A DNA stretch of 60,682 nt, counting the filler, from Fonticula-like sp. SCN 57-25 (Eukaryota), in NCBI GenBank assembly GCA_001724245.1. It is 10 parts of 10 records of this genome, joined end to end, with 100 filler letters (N's around TTAATTAATTAA, not from the genome) between each part and the next. Parts side by side here need not be neighbours in the genome. Positions count along the whole stretch, not along the records: positions 49,125 to 54,856 come from MEDX01000528.1; positions 54,957 to 60,682 come from MEDX01000530.1; 8 more parts are not named here. One strand, given 5' to 3'. Numbering within the stretch: the stretch's first letter is position 1; each line of letters starts with the position of its first letter. The notes beneath the pieces are model-generated. The model ran no database searches. It was not told the DNA's origin and saw only the letters and a list, made by a program, of their open reading frames with translations. Shown here one piece after another: positions 49,228 through 60,682 of this stretch. A program made the translations under genes and the position numbers.

Positions 49228-51993
49228 TCATACACTCTCTGCGTCATCCAAATAAAAGTCGTTTGGCATAATGACACTCATTCGCGTCGACGGCGGGCGC
49301 CGCTTCGCATTGCCCTGCACGCGCCGCTTCGTCAGGCTCGGAAGAAGCGTCTTGGGTGACTCGGCGATCGGCGTCTCAAGATCGATCCCGGGCTAAGATC
49401 AGACACAGATCAGCAAAAAAACAGTGGCCACGTGGTGAGGAGAACGAAAGAGCCATAAAGGGAAAATAATGCATTGAGTAATCTCCATAAATGGAAATAC
49501 ACGACCCAAATTGAATTCGATTTCGGACCAAACGACCAAAAATGGAAATAAACGACCCAAATTGAATTCGAATTCGACCAAAAATGACCCAAATTGAAAT
49601 TGGAACCGACCAATCACTCATCGAATAAATCCCAAACAAAACAATTTCCGCCCAATCACGTACCGACGGCATCGACGCTGCCTCTGCTGTGTCGACGACA
49701 ATGGCGGGCACCTGCACACCACACTCGTCAGCAACCACCAAAAAAGACATTTTCCCGCGTACCGGTCCCTTGGGCGGCCGCGCGCCCGGCATAACAAAGC
49801 CCGGCGGCGGCGCTCCGCCAAATGGCCCAGCGCGAAGCCCGCCGCCAATCGTGCCCATAAGAGAGGCAAGTTTCTCGCCGGGTCTGCAAACTGGTTAGCA
49901 AACTGAAAACTGGCGTGCAAACTGAGAGATACACAATGCAATGCACAAGATAATGAAGACAATGAACTGATAATGCAAACTGCAAACTGACAACACACAT
50001 AAACCAACAGCAAACACTACACACTACACATTAACAGACCAATTCTAACAAACGCAAACTGCAAACTGACTACGCACTTTTTCACGGCAAAGCGCGGCTT
50101 CTCGGCCGGCACTGGCGCCTTTTCCGCCTCCTCTTCCTTTTCCTTTTCCTTTTCCTCTGTCTTATCCTCTGTCTTATCCTCCGCCTTTTCCTTTTCCTCT
50201 GCCTTTTCCGACGCCTGCTTGAGGGTCAGCGCCGCGTCGGCCGACTTGAACCGCCGCTTTGGCCCGACGCCAAATGTCACTTGCTCGGTCGGCGCCTCGG
50301 CCGGCAGCGCAACCGGAAGCTTCTTTGGAAGCGGCTTGGGCGCAGCTGATTCGTCCGCTTCACTTGGCGCCTTTTCGCTGACGTCAGCAGAAAACACGGA
50401 TGCGACCGAAAGCTTCTTGGGCATCGGCTTGGGCGCCGCTGATTCGTCCGCTTCATTTGACGTCTTTTCGCTGACGTCAGCAGTAAAGACGGAGGCGACC
50501 GAAAGCTTCTTTGGCATTGGCTTGGGCGCAGGCTCAGCAACCGCAGGCGTTTCTTCCTTGGTCTCTGAAATCGCATGCGATTTTTCAGTCTGTTCAACGG
50601 GCGGCACGACAATGCCCGACACGGACGCTTTCCTCGGCATAGGCTTGGGCGCGGTCGTCGGCTGCGAAGCGGAAGCGTGCGACGAATAGGAAGGCGGCGG
50701 CGCGCCAAACATTGCAATGCGATTGGCTAGACCAGTCTTTTTGGCCGCCGCTGATTCGTCCTTGGCGGCGTCCTTGGGCTCGTCCTTGGCCGGCTCGGGC
50801 TCCTTCTCCTTGGGTGTGTCCACGTGGGAGGCGGTGATGTCCTTGGCGGGCTCGGGCTCCTTCTCCTTCGGGGCGTCCACGTGGGCGGGCTCTTTGGGTG
50901 CGTCCACGGGGGCGGCGGCGGTTTCCTCCTTTGCCTCGGGCTTTGGGAACGAAAACTTGCGCGCCGATCCCGATGTCGATGCCGAAGATGCGGGTTTTGG
51001 TGAAGCGACGGGCGCGGCCGTGGCGGCAAAACGGTTCTTGAGGGCAGAAATGGACGAGGTGGCGGCGGGGGCGGCGGTGTCCTTAGCGGGGGACGTGGCC
51101 GCAGCGGCGACTTCGGGTGCGGCGGCGGGTGCATCAGATGCCGCGTCGGTAGTCGGCTTGGCGTCGGCAGCGTCAGCGGTCGGCTTCTCGGCCGTCGACT
51201 TCTCGGCTGTCGGCTTCTCGGCCGCCGGCTTTTCAGCGGCGGTCTTTGCGTCGGTGGGCGCGGCATCGTCGCGCGATGCCGCGGCCGGGGCATCAGACTC
51301 GCCGCCCGATGCCGCCGCATGCCGCCGCGCCAAGATCGACTCGAGCTCATTCCCCTTGAGCTCGCTGCCCTTCTTAATAACAACCGTCTCTGTCTTGGTA
51401 ACCGTCTCGGTAATCGTCACCGAATCCTTTGTCGTGACAGACTCTGACGTTGTCGATTCGGTCATGATTGTGGTGCCCGACGGGGTTGATTCGAGCTTGA
51501 CCGTCTTGACGACCTCGACCTTCTCGGCCTTGGAACCAAAGCCCTTGAAGCCCATAAACGGCTTGGCGGCGGCGACGGGGGTAGAAGTGGGTGCGGCAGT
51601 GGAACCGGCAGCGGATCCCGCAGTGGAACCAGCAGAGGATCCCGAAGTCGTTGTCGGATCGGGGGATGGCGACGCGGCATCGGCCGCCTGCGGCGACGCC
51701 TTCTTGGTCAAAAACGACGGCTTGGCGGTCGACGCCACAGAGTCAACGCCTTTGAAGCCGCCAAAGGAACGAACGGCGCTCGGCTTCACGGATGACGAAA
51801 GATTGTCGGTGGGCACTTCAGGGGATGGCGTGGCAACATCAGGCGCATCGGAAGATGCCTCTGGCTTTGTCGCCGTCGGGTCGGTCGGCAAAGACATGGT
51901 AGAACTCGGCGCGGAAGCGGACCCCCTCTGCCATGGCTTGGTCGTCGACGGCGCCGTCGACACGGGGGGGAAGCCCGTGAATCGCCCCGCCAT
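49228..51993 (-). CDS. Large disordered Ala/Pro/Ser/Lys-rich protein with C-terminal capping-protein-interaction (CPI)-like motif
   Basis: Low-complexity ORF with PKPMPKKLSVASVF repeats; last exon LPSLTKRRVQGNAKRRPPS resembles CPI consensus LxHxTxxRPK..RRPP; several introns. Confidence 0.6.
49495..49620. repeat. Intronic degenerate repeat (ACGACCCAAATTGAATTCGA-like)
   Basis: Three to four imperfect copies of gacccaaattgaa / gaccaaaaatg. Confidence 0.7.
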
Positions 51994-52342
51994 CACACTC
52001 GGAGGGTTTCACCCGGGCAGGAAAAAGTCAACTTTGGTAATCTTACGGAAATGCACAGTCATCGTTACGGAAAGGAAACAATCAAAGGGCGATCAGAGAG
52101 AGGGCGGAGCCGGTTTTGAAGGTGGTTTTCACTGTATTAAAGCTGAAAAGGACTGTATAATAGTCTATTTGGTAATTATATTTGATATGTGTGTTTATAA
52201 ACAGCAAAAACAACACATGAAAATGACTTTTTTTTGAGTGGGCAAATGAACCAAAACTAGGAACTATGGTATGATCTATTAAAACTGGCTACATTGACGG
52301 GGCGATCGCGTGGATAACTACGAGCAAAACAAAGAAATATGC

Positions 52343-52946
52343 TTAAAACTTGATCTTGCCGATGTAGACGCGGTAGAGCTGAAAATAAATAGGGAATGGT
52401 GAGCTTCTGAGGGGATCAAGGTTGATCATCGCACCATGACATAGTCGCCCATGAGAGACCAGATGGGGTGCTTGAAAGTGGCGGGCTTGTTCTTCTAATA
52501 ACGCAAAACAAAAAAAAACATGTAAATATAACAAAAAAACATATGAAAATTGCTGAATATCCAGCACGCACCTCAAAGACAAAGTGGCCAACCTGCACAT
52601 GCCGATGATTAGCAAACGCACATGAGAATCAAAGAGGCAAGAGTACCCAGGCAAAACCGTAGCCGATGACGGGCGTGAAGAACAGGTAGAAAAAGTTGCC
52701 GCTGACGAGGAGCAAAAGCACAACCAGCATGAACAGCGTCGTGCCAATCACTGCACATCAGAAAGAAAAACAAAAAGGCATGAGCAAAACGACCCAGAAT
52801 GCGCCTCGAAACATACCGTGAAGGCGGCGGTTCGTGCGGTTCGAATGCTCCCTAAGGTAAAACGGAAAGAACTCTTCAAAAGACTGGAAGCCCTCCGTCT
52901 TGATGGGGCGGTTTCCAGCGGGGCGCTTCATGGTGGCGGCCTTCAT
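52343..52946 (-). CDS. DUF962/Mpo1-like small membrane protein
   Basis: FQSFEEFFPFYLREHSNRTNRRLH|VIGT..GYGFAW|VGHFVFE|KNKPATFKHPIWSLMGDY; four introns. Confidence 0.9.
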
Positions 52947-53456
52947 GGCGTCGGCTCTGTCGGGGTCGAACAAGAAACGGACTGAATCTGGGGTGGATTC
53001 AGGCCCAGTTTGCGGGGTCGATTGGATATTTTGGACCAATCACGATGCAGGAAGGGGAATATCAGTGTATTTGAGGGATAGGGGAATAGTTTGATATTAG
53101 AGAAGGGTACTATAGATACAAAAAAGCATGAAGAATAATAGTGTGATAATAAGAACGTAAAAGAGAATTGAGACCCGCGCGAAGAGGAAATATGTATATC
53201 AAAATGAAGTAATATACCTTGTATGGTTCAAAAGAGAAGTACTGGGTATATTGGTTTCTTTCAAATAGGGAAAATTGTGTTTTTTGCAGTCGCTCGTATT
53301 TCTTTTCATTTTTCTTATCTTTCTTGTCTGTTCAGTCAGCCTTTGTATAATTATTACTTTTTTCGGCTTTTTTTCCTTGCTCTCACATTGCTTTTCTGAT
53401 GATCTTGAGCCGTGATTGGTCGAATTATCGCATGCGATTTTACACTCCACGTGGCC

Positions 53457-54615
53457 ATGGACTGGCGCGTCGGACATGGCGGGCAGCTCGTCGAAGTGTA
53501 CCGCGCCAATGATACGACAAATGTGCTTGCCATCGAGGACGGCGTGACGCATCGTGCGCTTTTTCTTTTCTTTCCTTTCTTTTTCCATATTAAATGCGTG
53601 ATGCAGTGCGTGATCATGTGCGCATTACGACCAATGTCGATGCCATCTTTGCGTGCGCCGGCTACGCCGTCCTATCCCGCAGCGCCTACCTCTTCACCAT
53701 CATCGATGCCGATGAGATCCTCTTCCGCGGCCTCCCCCTCTACCGTGCCCGCCGCTGCCGATCCCTCCTCTGCCGCGGCACCCCCTCCCCCGATGACCTC
53801 ATCCGCGTCACCGGCATCGAGTCCATCCTCAACAGCGGCTTCATCTACTTTTCGCCCTCCTTCGATCTCACCCGCCGCCTCTCCGAACACCCCCTTTCTT
53901 CCACCCTCCCCCCCCTCGACCGCTTCCTCTGGAACGCGCATCTCCGCACGGCCCATCCCCCCCCCCCCTGCCATCCCCTCATCACCCCCCTCATCTACGG
54001 CCACATCGCCCACGCCGCCCGCATCCCCACCCACACCACCCACGTCGACATCTTCCTCATCTCGCGCAGATCACGTGACCGACCCGGCCTGCGCTACACC
54101 CGCCGCGGCATCGATCGTCATGGCCACGTGGCCAACTTTGTAGAAACCGAGCAGATCGTGATCGGCCCGTCGGGATCTCTCTCGTCATTCGTCCAAACGC
54201 GCGGGAGCGTGCCTGCCTACTGGCATCAGCGTGTCGATCTTTCCTACAAACCGCGTTTGCGCATGCTGGATGTGCGAGATGCGGCATCACGTGATGCTGC
54301 GATGCGTCATTTTGGGGATCAGGTGGGGAGATATGGGGAGGTGGCGGTGGCGAATTTGTTGTCGAGGGGTGGGTTCGAGAGGGATATTAGGGCGGCGTGT
54401 AAGGAGAGTGTCGAGGGAGTAAACAACGAAAAGTACGTACATTTGAGGGGCAGTAAAGTGTGTATATATGAAGTGATTATCTGCGTATACCAGAGTATAT
54501 ATCTGAGTATATATGTGTGTATATCTGTGTATCAATCTGAGTATATCTGTGTATATATCTGTGTATCTGTGTATCTATCTGTGCATCTGTGTCTATCTAT
54601 CTACTGTATCTATCA

Positions 54616-54657
<42 letters not shown>

Positions 54658-54856
54658 TCAATTCTATCTATCTATCTATTCAATTCTATCTATATATTCC
54701 ATTCTATCTATCTAACCAATCTACTAGAGTGTCGTATTATGAGTTCTCTGTTAATGAAGAATGTGGTCACGTGCACTACGATCGCATTTCCCGCCTCATC
54801 GACCAATTGCGTCCCTTCCTCACCCGCAGCGGAACAACTCTCATTGGTCCCGATGG
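53457..54856 (+). CDS. SAC1: SAC1-family phosphoinositide phosphatase, 3' truncated
   Basis: YFSPSFDLT, RFLWN, LISRRSRDRPGLRYTRRGIDRHGHVANFVETEQIV, SFVQTRGSVP. Confidence 0.9.
54480..54715 (+). repeat. Intronic (TATC)n microsatellite with degenerate TATCTG flanks
   Basis: Near-perfect TATC run ~54607-54656 inside the SAC1 intron. Confidence 0.95.
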
Positions 54857-55181
54857 NNNNNNNNNNNNNNNNNNNNNNNNNNNNNNNNNNNNNNNNNNNN
54901 TTAATTAATTAANNNNNNNNNNNNNNNNNNNNNNNNNNNNNNNNNNNNNNNNNNNNGCGCCGACAAGTAAGACGACCCTGCCATGTTATATCTAATTCTA
55001 ATCGTGTTTTTCATCTTTTTGTTGTTGTGTTGATTGTCGATAAGCATACAAATGATTATACAAGCGCTGTCACAATGTGAATTCCAGAGAGGTAGTCATA
55101 AAACGCTTCGCTCATGCTCTGATTTGTCGCTGATTGTTCTGATTCTGCTGATTTGAGCTTTGCACTTCTGCTTCCGCGACC

Positions 55182-56621
55182 ATGGTCGGCCGCAAATCGC
55201 GGGTCAATGTGTACGAGGCCGACGACGAGTATGACGGCGCCGGCGCGCCGCTTCTAGGCGGCCTTAATGGCGATCCTGTGAGCATGTCTTCTCTTGTCCC
55301 GCCCACCAATTCATTGGAAAGCAAGCCGGCCAAGAAGCCTCGCCTTCTCTCGCTCGACATTCTCCGCGGCTTCACCATGGCGGTGATGATCCTCGTTAAC
55401 AACGGGCCTCAGCCTCCGTCGACGCCGTCCTGGTGGGCGCACGCGACGTGGAACGGTCTTCACCTAGCCGACATTGTGATGCCCTTCTTCCTGTTCATGG
55501 TGGGCATGTCTGCGCATCTCTCTGCGTCGTCCCTGCGCGCGCGGGGATGGAGCCGCGGCCGGATCGCGCTCCGCATCTTTATCCGCTCCTGCAAGCTCTT
55601 TCTTTTCGGCCTTCTCTGCCAGGGCCTCCGCTCGAGCGTTTACCCGTGGCCCTACGCCGATCTCGCGCTGCTGCGCATCATGGGCGTCCTCCAGCGCATC
55701 GCCATCTGCAATCTCATCATAAGTCTCGTGTTCCTCTTTGCGCCCATCATCGAGAGCAGCCGCAGCGAAGAGGACTATTTCGCAGAGCAGCACCCGCTTG
55801 ATGACGTGCTCAGCGCGTACGCTCCCTCGCGCGAACTCTCGCCGCGCGAGCGCATCATCCACGTCGTCCGCCGTAATGCGGCCACGTGGGGTATTGCGGT
55901 GGTGTTTCTTTCCGTGTACCTCGCGCTGCTGTACGGCGTGGCCGTTCCCGACTATGAGTCTGGCGGCTCTATCGTGGCGTGCGGCGGCGTACGCGGCGAC
56001 CTCAGCCCCGCGTGCAATTCGCTCGACTACATTGACCGCATCCTTCTGACGCCCGCGCACATGTACACGCCGGTCAGCGAGCCCGAGGGCCTTGCCTCTT
56101 CGATCTCGGCCGTCGGCAGCGTCTTTGCCGGCCTCTACTTTGGCCTCGTCCTGGCGGCATTCAAGGACCACAAGTGGCGGCTGGTGCACTGGGCGGGCGC
56201 GTCGGTGGTGATGGCGGCCATCGGCGGGATCGCCGCCATCGGGATGCCCCTCAACAAGACGCTCTACACGACGAGCTACGTGCTGGTCACGGCGGGCATG
56301 TGCGGCGCAGTGTTTACGTTCGTCTACGTGCTTGTCGACGTGTTTAGGCTGCGCGCGGCGCGCGTGATGCTCGACCCGTGCAAGGTGCTCGGCATGAACG
56401 CCATCCTCATCTACATGGGCGACATGATCGGGTGGGCAACCATCAGCGTTGTCTACTATGAAAAGCCAGAGTGGAACCTGTACGCAGTGCTCAAGAGCGC
56501 TTTCGTGTCGCCTTATTACCCGGAATACGTCGCGCTGCATATGTGGGCGTTGACGGACCTCATCATGTGGACGCTCATCGCGTACGCGCTCTTCCGGTTT
56601 GGCATTTTCTTTAAAGTGTAA
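55182..56621 (+). CDS. HGSNAT: Heparan-alpha-glucosaminide N-acetyltransferase family
   Basis: RLLSLDILRG..MILVN, HATWNGLHLADIVMPFFLFMVG, RIMGVLQRIA, EPEG, PLNKTLYTTSYV, GMNAILIY; polytopic. Confidence 0.93.
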   Translation: MVGRKSRVNVYEADDEYDGAGAPLLGGLNGDPVSMSSLVPPTNSLESKPAKKPRLLSLDILRGFTMAVMILVNNGPQPPSTPSWWAHATWNGLHLADIVMPFFLFMVGMSAHLSASSLRARGWSRGRIALRIFIRSCKLFLFGLLCQGLRSSVYPWPYADLALLRIMGVLQRIAICNLIISLVFLFAPIIESSRSEEDYFAEQHPLDDVLSAYAPSRELSPRERIIHVVRRNAATWGIAVVFLSVYLALLYGVAVPDYESGGSIVACGGVRGDLSPACNSLDYIDRILLTPAHMYTPVSEPEGLASSISAVGSVFAGLYFGLVLAAFKDHKWRLVHWAGASVVMAAIGGIAAIGMPLNKTLYTTSYVLVTAGMCGAVFTFVYVLVDVFRLRAARVMLDPCKVLGMNAILIYMGDMIGWATISVVYYEKPEWNLYAVLKSAFVSPYYPEYVALHMWALTDLIMWTLIAYALFRFGIFFKV

Positions 56622-56794
56622 GATTACAGTATGAAGCGTTTTGTATTACAATAGAAAGTTTATTTGAACCAGTGGAAAAGAGGGATTCGGCTTATATTAT
56701 TAGCGTTTGTTGCGGAACTGCTTCAATTTACTTTATATTGAATGTCAAACATGAATGCACACAATCATTTTGCTGACGTCATCAATCTGTTGTG

Positions 56795-57781
56795 ATGGCC
56801 GAGATGGAGGTGTCGGTGCCCGTGATTGATGTCGCGACGCACACGTTTGTCGTTCCCGGTCGCGCGCTTCGCAGCGACGAAGACATGCCGCAGTGGTTTC
56901 ACAGCGAGGCGCTCTCGACCGTAATGAACTTTATCCAGGCGCTGAATCATTCCGTTCTTAATGTCGACAATGATGCTCCCTGTGCCTCCTCGCCTCTGAT
57001 CGATCGCCTTGTCGAGATCCTCGCCGAACTTGAGCACTGGATATCCGACTTTCCCCCTCACGAGCGCGCGCAGCGCTACGGCAACACTGCCTTCCGCGAC
57101 TGGGCAGCCCGCCTCTCCGATCGCGCTCCTGATCTCCTTTCCTCCCTCCTCCCCGCCTCGCATCACGCCGCCATCCCCGAGCTCGCCGGCTACCTCACCG
57201 AGTCCTTTGGCAACCGCACGCGCATCGACTACGGCTCTGGCCACGAGCTCACCTTTGTCGCCTTTCTCTGCTGCCTCTCGCTGCTCGGCCTGCTCGAGCC
57301 GCCGCAGTTCACCGCCGCCGTCACGCGCGTCTTCCGCACCTACCTCACCACCGTCAGGGCGCTGCAGCGCGCGTACGGGCTCGAGCCGGCGGGCAGCCAC
57401 GGCGTGTGGGGCCTCGACGACTACCAATTCCTGCCGTACCTGTGGGGCAGCGCGCAGCTCGTCGACCACGCATCGCTCAAGCCAAAGGCCGTCGTCGTCA
57501 AGGACACGGTCGCCGCAAACGCGGAAAAGTATCTCTACTTTGCGGCAATTCAGTACATTTACGCAGTGAAAAAGGGAAACTTTTTCGAACATTCGCCCAT
57601 TTTGCACGACATTTCGGGCGTTCCCACGTGGTCAAAGGTCAATGCCGGGCTGCACAAGATGTACGTGGCAGAGGTGCTCAAAAAGTATCCCATTGTGCAG
57701 CACTTTCCGTGCGGGTCTCTATTGAGAATTGCCCCGACAAAGCGGATCAACGACTACGTGCAGGCGGCAATCATGCGCTAA
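56795..57781 (+). CDS. PTPA: PP2A activator (PTPA/Rrd1/Rrd2)
   Basis: RYGNTAFRDW, SFGNRTRIDYGSGHEL, LEPAGSHGVWGLDDYQFLP, FFEHSPILHDIS, EVLKKYPIVQH. Confidence 0.97.
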   Translation: MAEMEVSVPVIDVATHTFVVPGRALRSDEDMPQWFHSEALSTVMNFIQALNHSVLNVDNDAPCASSPLIDRLVEILAELEHWISDFPPHERAQRYGNTAFRDWAARLSDRAPDLLSSLLPASHHAAIPELAGYLTESFGNRTRIDYGSGHELTFVAFLCCLSLLGLLEPPQFTAAVTRVFRTYLTTVRALQRAYGLEPAGSHGVWGLDDYQFLPYLWGSAQLVDHASLKPKAVVVKDTVAANAEKYLYFAAIQYIYAVKKGNFFEHSPILHDISGVPTWSKVNAGLHKMYVAEVLKKYPIVQHFPCGSLLRIAPTKRINDYVQAAIMR

Positions 57782-58103
57782 TTAAAGTAGCTTGTAAAAT
57801 TTTCATATTCGTGCATTAATATACACTCAGTATTAAGACACTCTCTTGATGTCCTCTATGTCACAATGATGTCCCCTGTGCCCATCTAAAAAGTGTATCT
57901 AATATCAAATATCCTCTGATCTGTACCTATCTGCCAACATATCTGCACCGTAAACACCAACTCCCACCTCTCGAATCACTTATTCCTCGTTGTTTTATTT
58001 ATTAAAACTGCAACATTCCATACCGAAACATCGACAATCCCCTCTCTGAGGAAACCAAACCCATCAAAATATAAACCGACACTGACAAAGAGACATTTCC
58101 TGC

Positions 58104-59742
58104 TTACTCGTTGGCCGACGTGGGCGTCTCGACGGCCGTCTTGTCCCTCTTCTTCTTCTTCTCGCGCTCCGTCCCATCGGGATTCAACTTCTTCTCCTTC
58201 TTCTTCTTCTTCTTCTCGCCCGCCTCGCCGTCGGCGTGCTGCTCGTCCTCGCCATCCTCCTCGCGCGGGGTCCCCTCGCTGGGCGACACCGCCGCCGCCG
58301 CCGCCTGCGACACGGCGATGGGCGCCGGCACCGCCGCCGTCGCCGCCGCCGAGAACGACGTCGCCGAGCCGGCCACCGAGCCGATCGCCGGCGGGTTCGG
58401 GTTGATCGGCGTCGGCAGCGACGGCTGGCGCTTCATCGCCTCCTGCGCGGCGCGCGCCGCCTCGACGCGCAGCTCAGATTCCCTGCGCTCGTGCTGCGAA
58501 TTGTCCTCGCGGCGGCGCTCGCTCTCCTCGCGCTCGCGCTCTTTCCGCTCGAGGCCGGCGCGCTCGCGCTCCTGCAGCTCCTGCTCAATCTTGAGGTGGT
58601 CGACCACGCCGACGCGCTGTAGGCTCTCAACGCGGTAGTTTTCATAGTGGTAGTCGTTTGTGATCTCCTTGAGGATGTGCAGGTGCGACAGGAAGAGCAT
58701 CTCGGACAGCTTCAAAAAGTCAGAGTGCGAGGGGTCCTCCACGTTGACGGTGCCCCAGAGGTAGCGGCGGCCGTGGAACTTGCGGCCGTCGGCGCCGTCG
58801 TACGTGTTGTCGCTGCCGACAACGGCGAAGGGGAGGAGGCTTTTCAAGAGGGCGTTCTCCTCAACAATCTCGTCATCGTCATCGTCCATCGAGGGGAAGT
58901 CGTAGATCTCGATCTTGTGGTGGGCAATGTCCTCCATAACGCGCTTCTTAAAGGCCGCGAGCTCGGCCTTGGAGAGCGAGTCCGACTTGGCGACGACCGG
59001 CACGACGTTGCCGCGCTTGCAGAGGCTCTTCATGCACACGACGTCGATCTCCTTGAGCCTACAATCATCGCCATCGGCATTAGCCATCCTGTTCAAATCG
59101 ACCAGCAAAAAGCAGCAAAAATGACGTACGCATGGCCCGACGGCGAAATAAAGTAGAGGACGACGTGGACACGCGAGTCGAGGAACTTGGGGTCGCGCTT
59201 CATGCGGCTCTCCTCATCGAGGAAGCGCTGATCCTGCTCCTCCATGTAGTTGAGGATCGACTGAAAGTGCTTCGAGTTGTCGAGCTCGCCGCCAAAGCCG
59301 GGCGTGTCGACGACAGTCAAAATAAGCTTCTGGTCAAAGAGCTCGACCTCCTCTGTCTTCTTGACGATCTCGATGGTCTGGCGATCATCGGTCGGCGGCT
59401 GGGCATCCGTCATGTCGCGGCCGACGAGCGAGCGAACAAAGGTCGACTTGCCGAGACCAACGCTTCCGCAAATCAGGATGTTGAAAGCAATGCCCTTCTT
59501 GGCGTGCTTGCGACCAACCTCGCGCTGCATGCTGCGAACACCAAGCGACTGGAGAGGGGAGGAAGTAAGAGGCAAGGAAAGGAACGCAACGTGTGAGAAT
59601 GCATGTCAGGCGTTCAGAGGGTAGGAAAGCGACAGCGGAGAAAGCCAAAAGGAAAAGTGACAAGACACGCTCGTCGGGCGGCATATAGACAAAAAGAAAA
59701 GAGAGAAAACAGCAGGAAAAGGCGACGTAGACGTACCGCCAT
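58104..59742 (-). CDS. Septin
   Basis: GSVGLGKSTF (G1), VDTPGFG (G3), VAKSD (G4), PFAVVGS, GRRYLWG, HYENYR, C-terminal coiled coil; micro first exon MA| and an intron near 59061-59129. Confidence 0.96.
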
Positions 59743-60682
59743 GGCGACCCGAGGCTACCCAAAACACCGAGGCAAAGGGGAAAAAATGTGAACAGAAAAA
59801 CGGTTTGATGACGTATGATGTGACGTCACTGTTGAGGAATGTCTATGGATTTGATTGAGAATCAAAGTAAAATCAACAAAGGTGTCACTGGGGCAGTGCA
59901 GGGGCAGTGGACGCAGGAAGAAAGGTTCGTGCCATACAGGATACCGGTAGCGAGGAGGACAATAGTACGCATAAAGGACATGAAAAGGGTGAAGATAGAG
60001 TAAAGTTCGAAAGAATGATAGAGAAAGGTAGCAGATAGGAAAGGTAATATATTATCCATGCCAACCGTCGGTCTGCTTTCTGAAGTCGCGACAGCTGGGA
60101 GGACACCTGCAACGAGGACACCTGTAACAAGGACACAACGACGTAATCATGCATCTTCTCCGCGCATCCCTATGTCTTCTCTGTTTCGTGGCGTCCGCCA
60201 CCAGCCAGGTGTTGATTGCAACGCACCGCTGTACGCAGAAAGGACTTGGTTGGCTGCTCGAGTACTAAATTCTTCGCCGTCCAGGGGACACCCTCAATGC
60301 TTCGGCGTCGTGTCTGGCGTTTGACAGCTTTCCCGTTGCGCCTGTGATTGAATTCACGATGAGGTGGGGCTGCGATCTCTTTTCCTCTGGATGCAGGATT
60401 AGCGCACCCCCATTCTACGGCTCGGAATCAGACACGTGCCTTCCATTTCAAGATGACAGGCCTCTCCGCTATGCCAACGGGACCTACATCATGCTCCCCA
60501 CGTTTCCGAATGAGAATTGCAGAGGATCCGTAATCTCCGTAGTGGGCTATTTGTCAGGTCGTTGTGTGCGCATGCAGTCAGGTTCGATGGTCGTGGCACC
60601 TTCCCCGGGCGCTACCACTTCCACCACTTGCACTGATACTGAGTGCCGGGTCGGTTGCGTTACAACTGAATATCCGATCTTT

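Noticed and set aside
8141-54956. Regularly spaced TTAATTAATTAA elements and apparent gene neighbourhoods across them
   Set aside because: Artificial concatenation linkers; genes on different pieces are not physically linked, so no cross-contig cluster is claimed.
59800-60682. Short ORFs and 15-bp GGACACCTG repeats upstream of the septin
   Set aside because: No recognisable domain, termini or codon bias; cannot support a call.

Overview
Not a contiguous locus: ten eukaryotic assembly pieces (1-8140, then nine of ~5.73-5.75 kb) joined by artificial 100-nt N/TTAATTAATTAA spacers. The DNA is a gene-dense, intron-containing microbial eukaryote. Gene content (Arpin, GRP94, PHF10-like, septin, hybrid histidine kinase, phytochelatin synthase, receptor TKL-type kinase) suggests an amoeboid opisthokont, possibly a nucleariid/Fonticula relative (inference). 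About 25 protein genes were reconstructed by hand, mostly housekeeping. Most notable: (i) a visibly lower-GC piece with a spliced Roc-COR-TIR gene (catalytic-type TIR Glu, possible PH-like insert in Roc) upstream of an LRR gene, a candidate tandem LRR-ROCO-TIR immune locus; (ii) an intronless ZNFX1-type helicase ending in ankyrin repeats; (iii) a Cys-repeat/FN3 receptor pseudokinase; (iv) a recurring DNA architecture in which CACGTG/TGACGTCA/CCAATCA motifs and a G-to-C skew flip surround AT-rich introns and spacers, even inside coding sequence. All calls come from motif recognition, without database searches.
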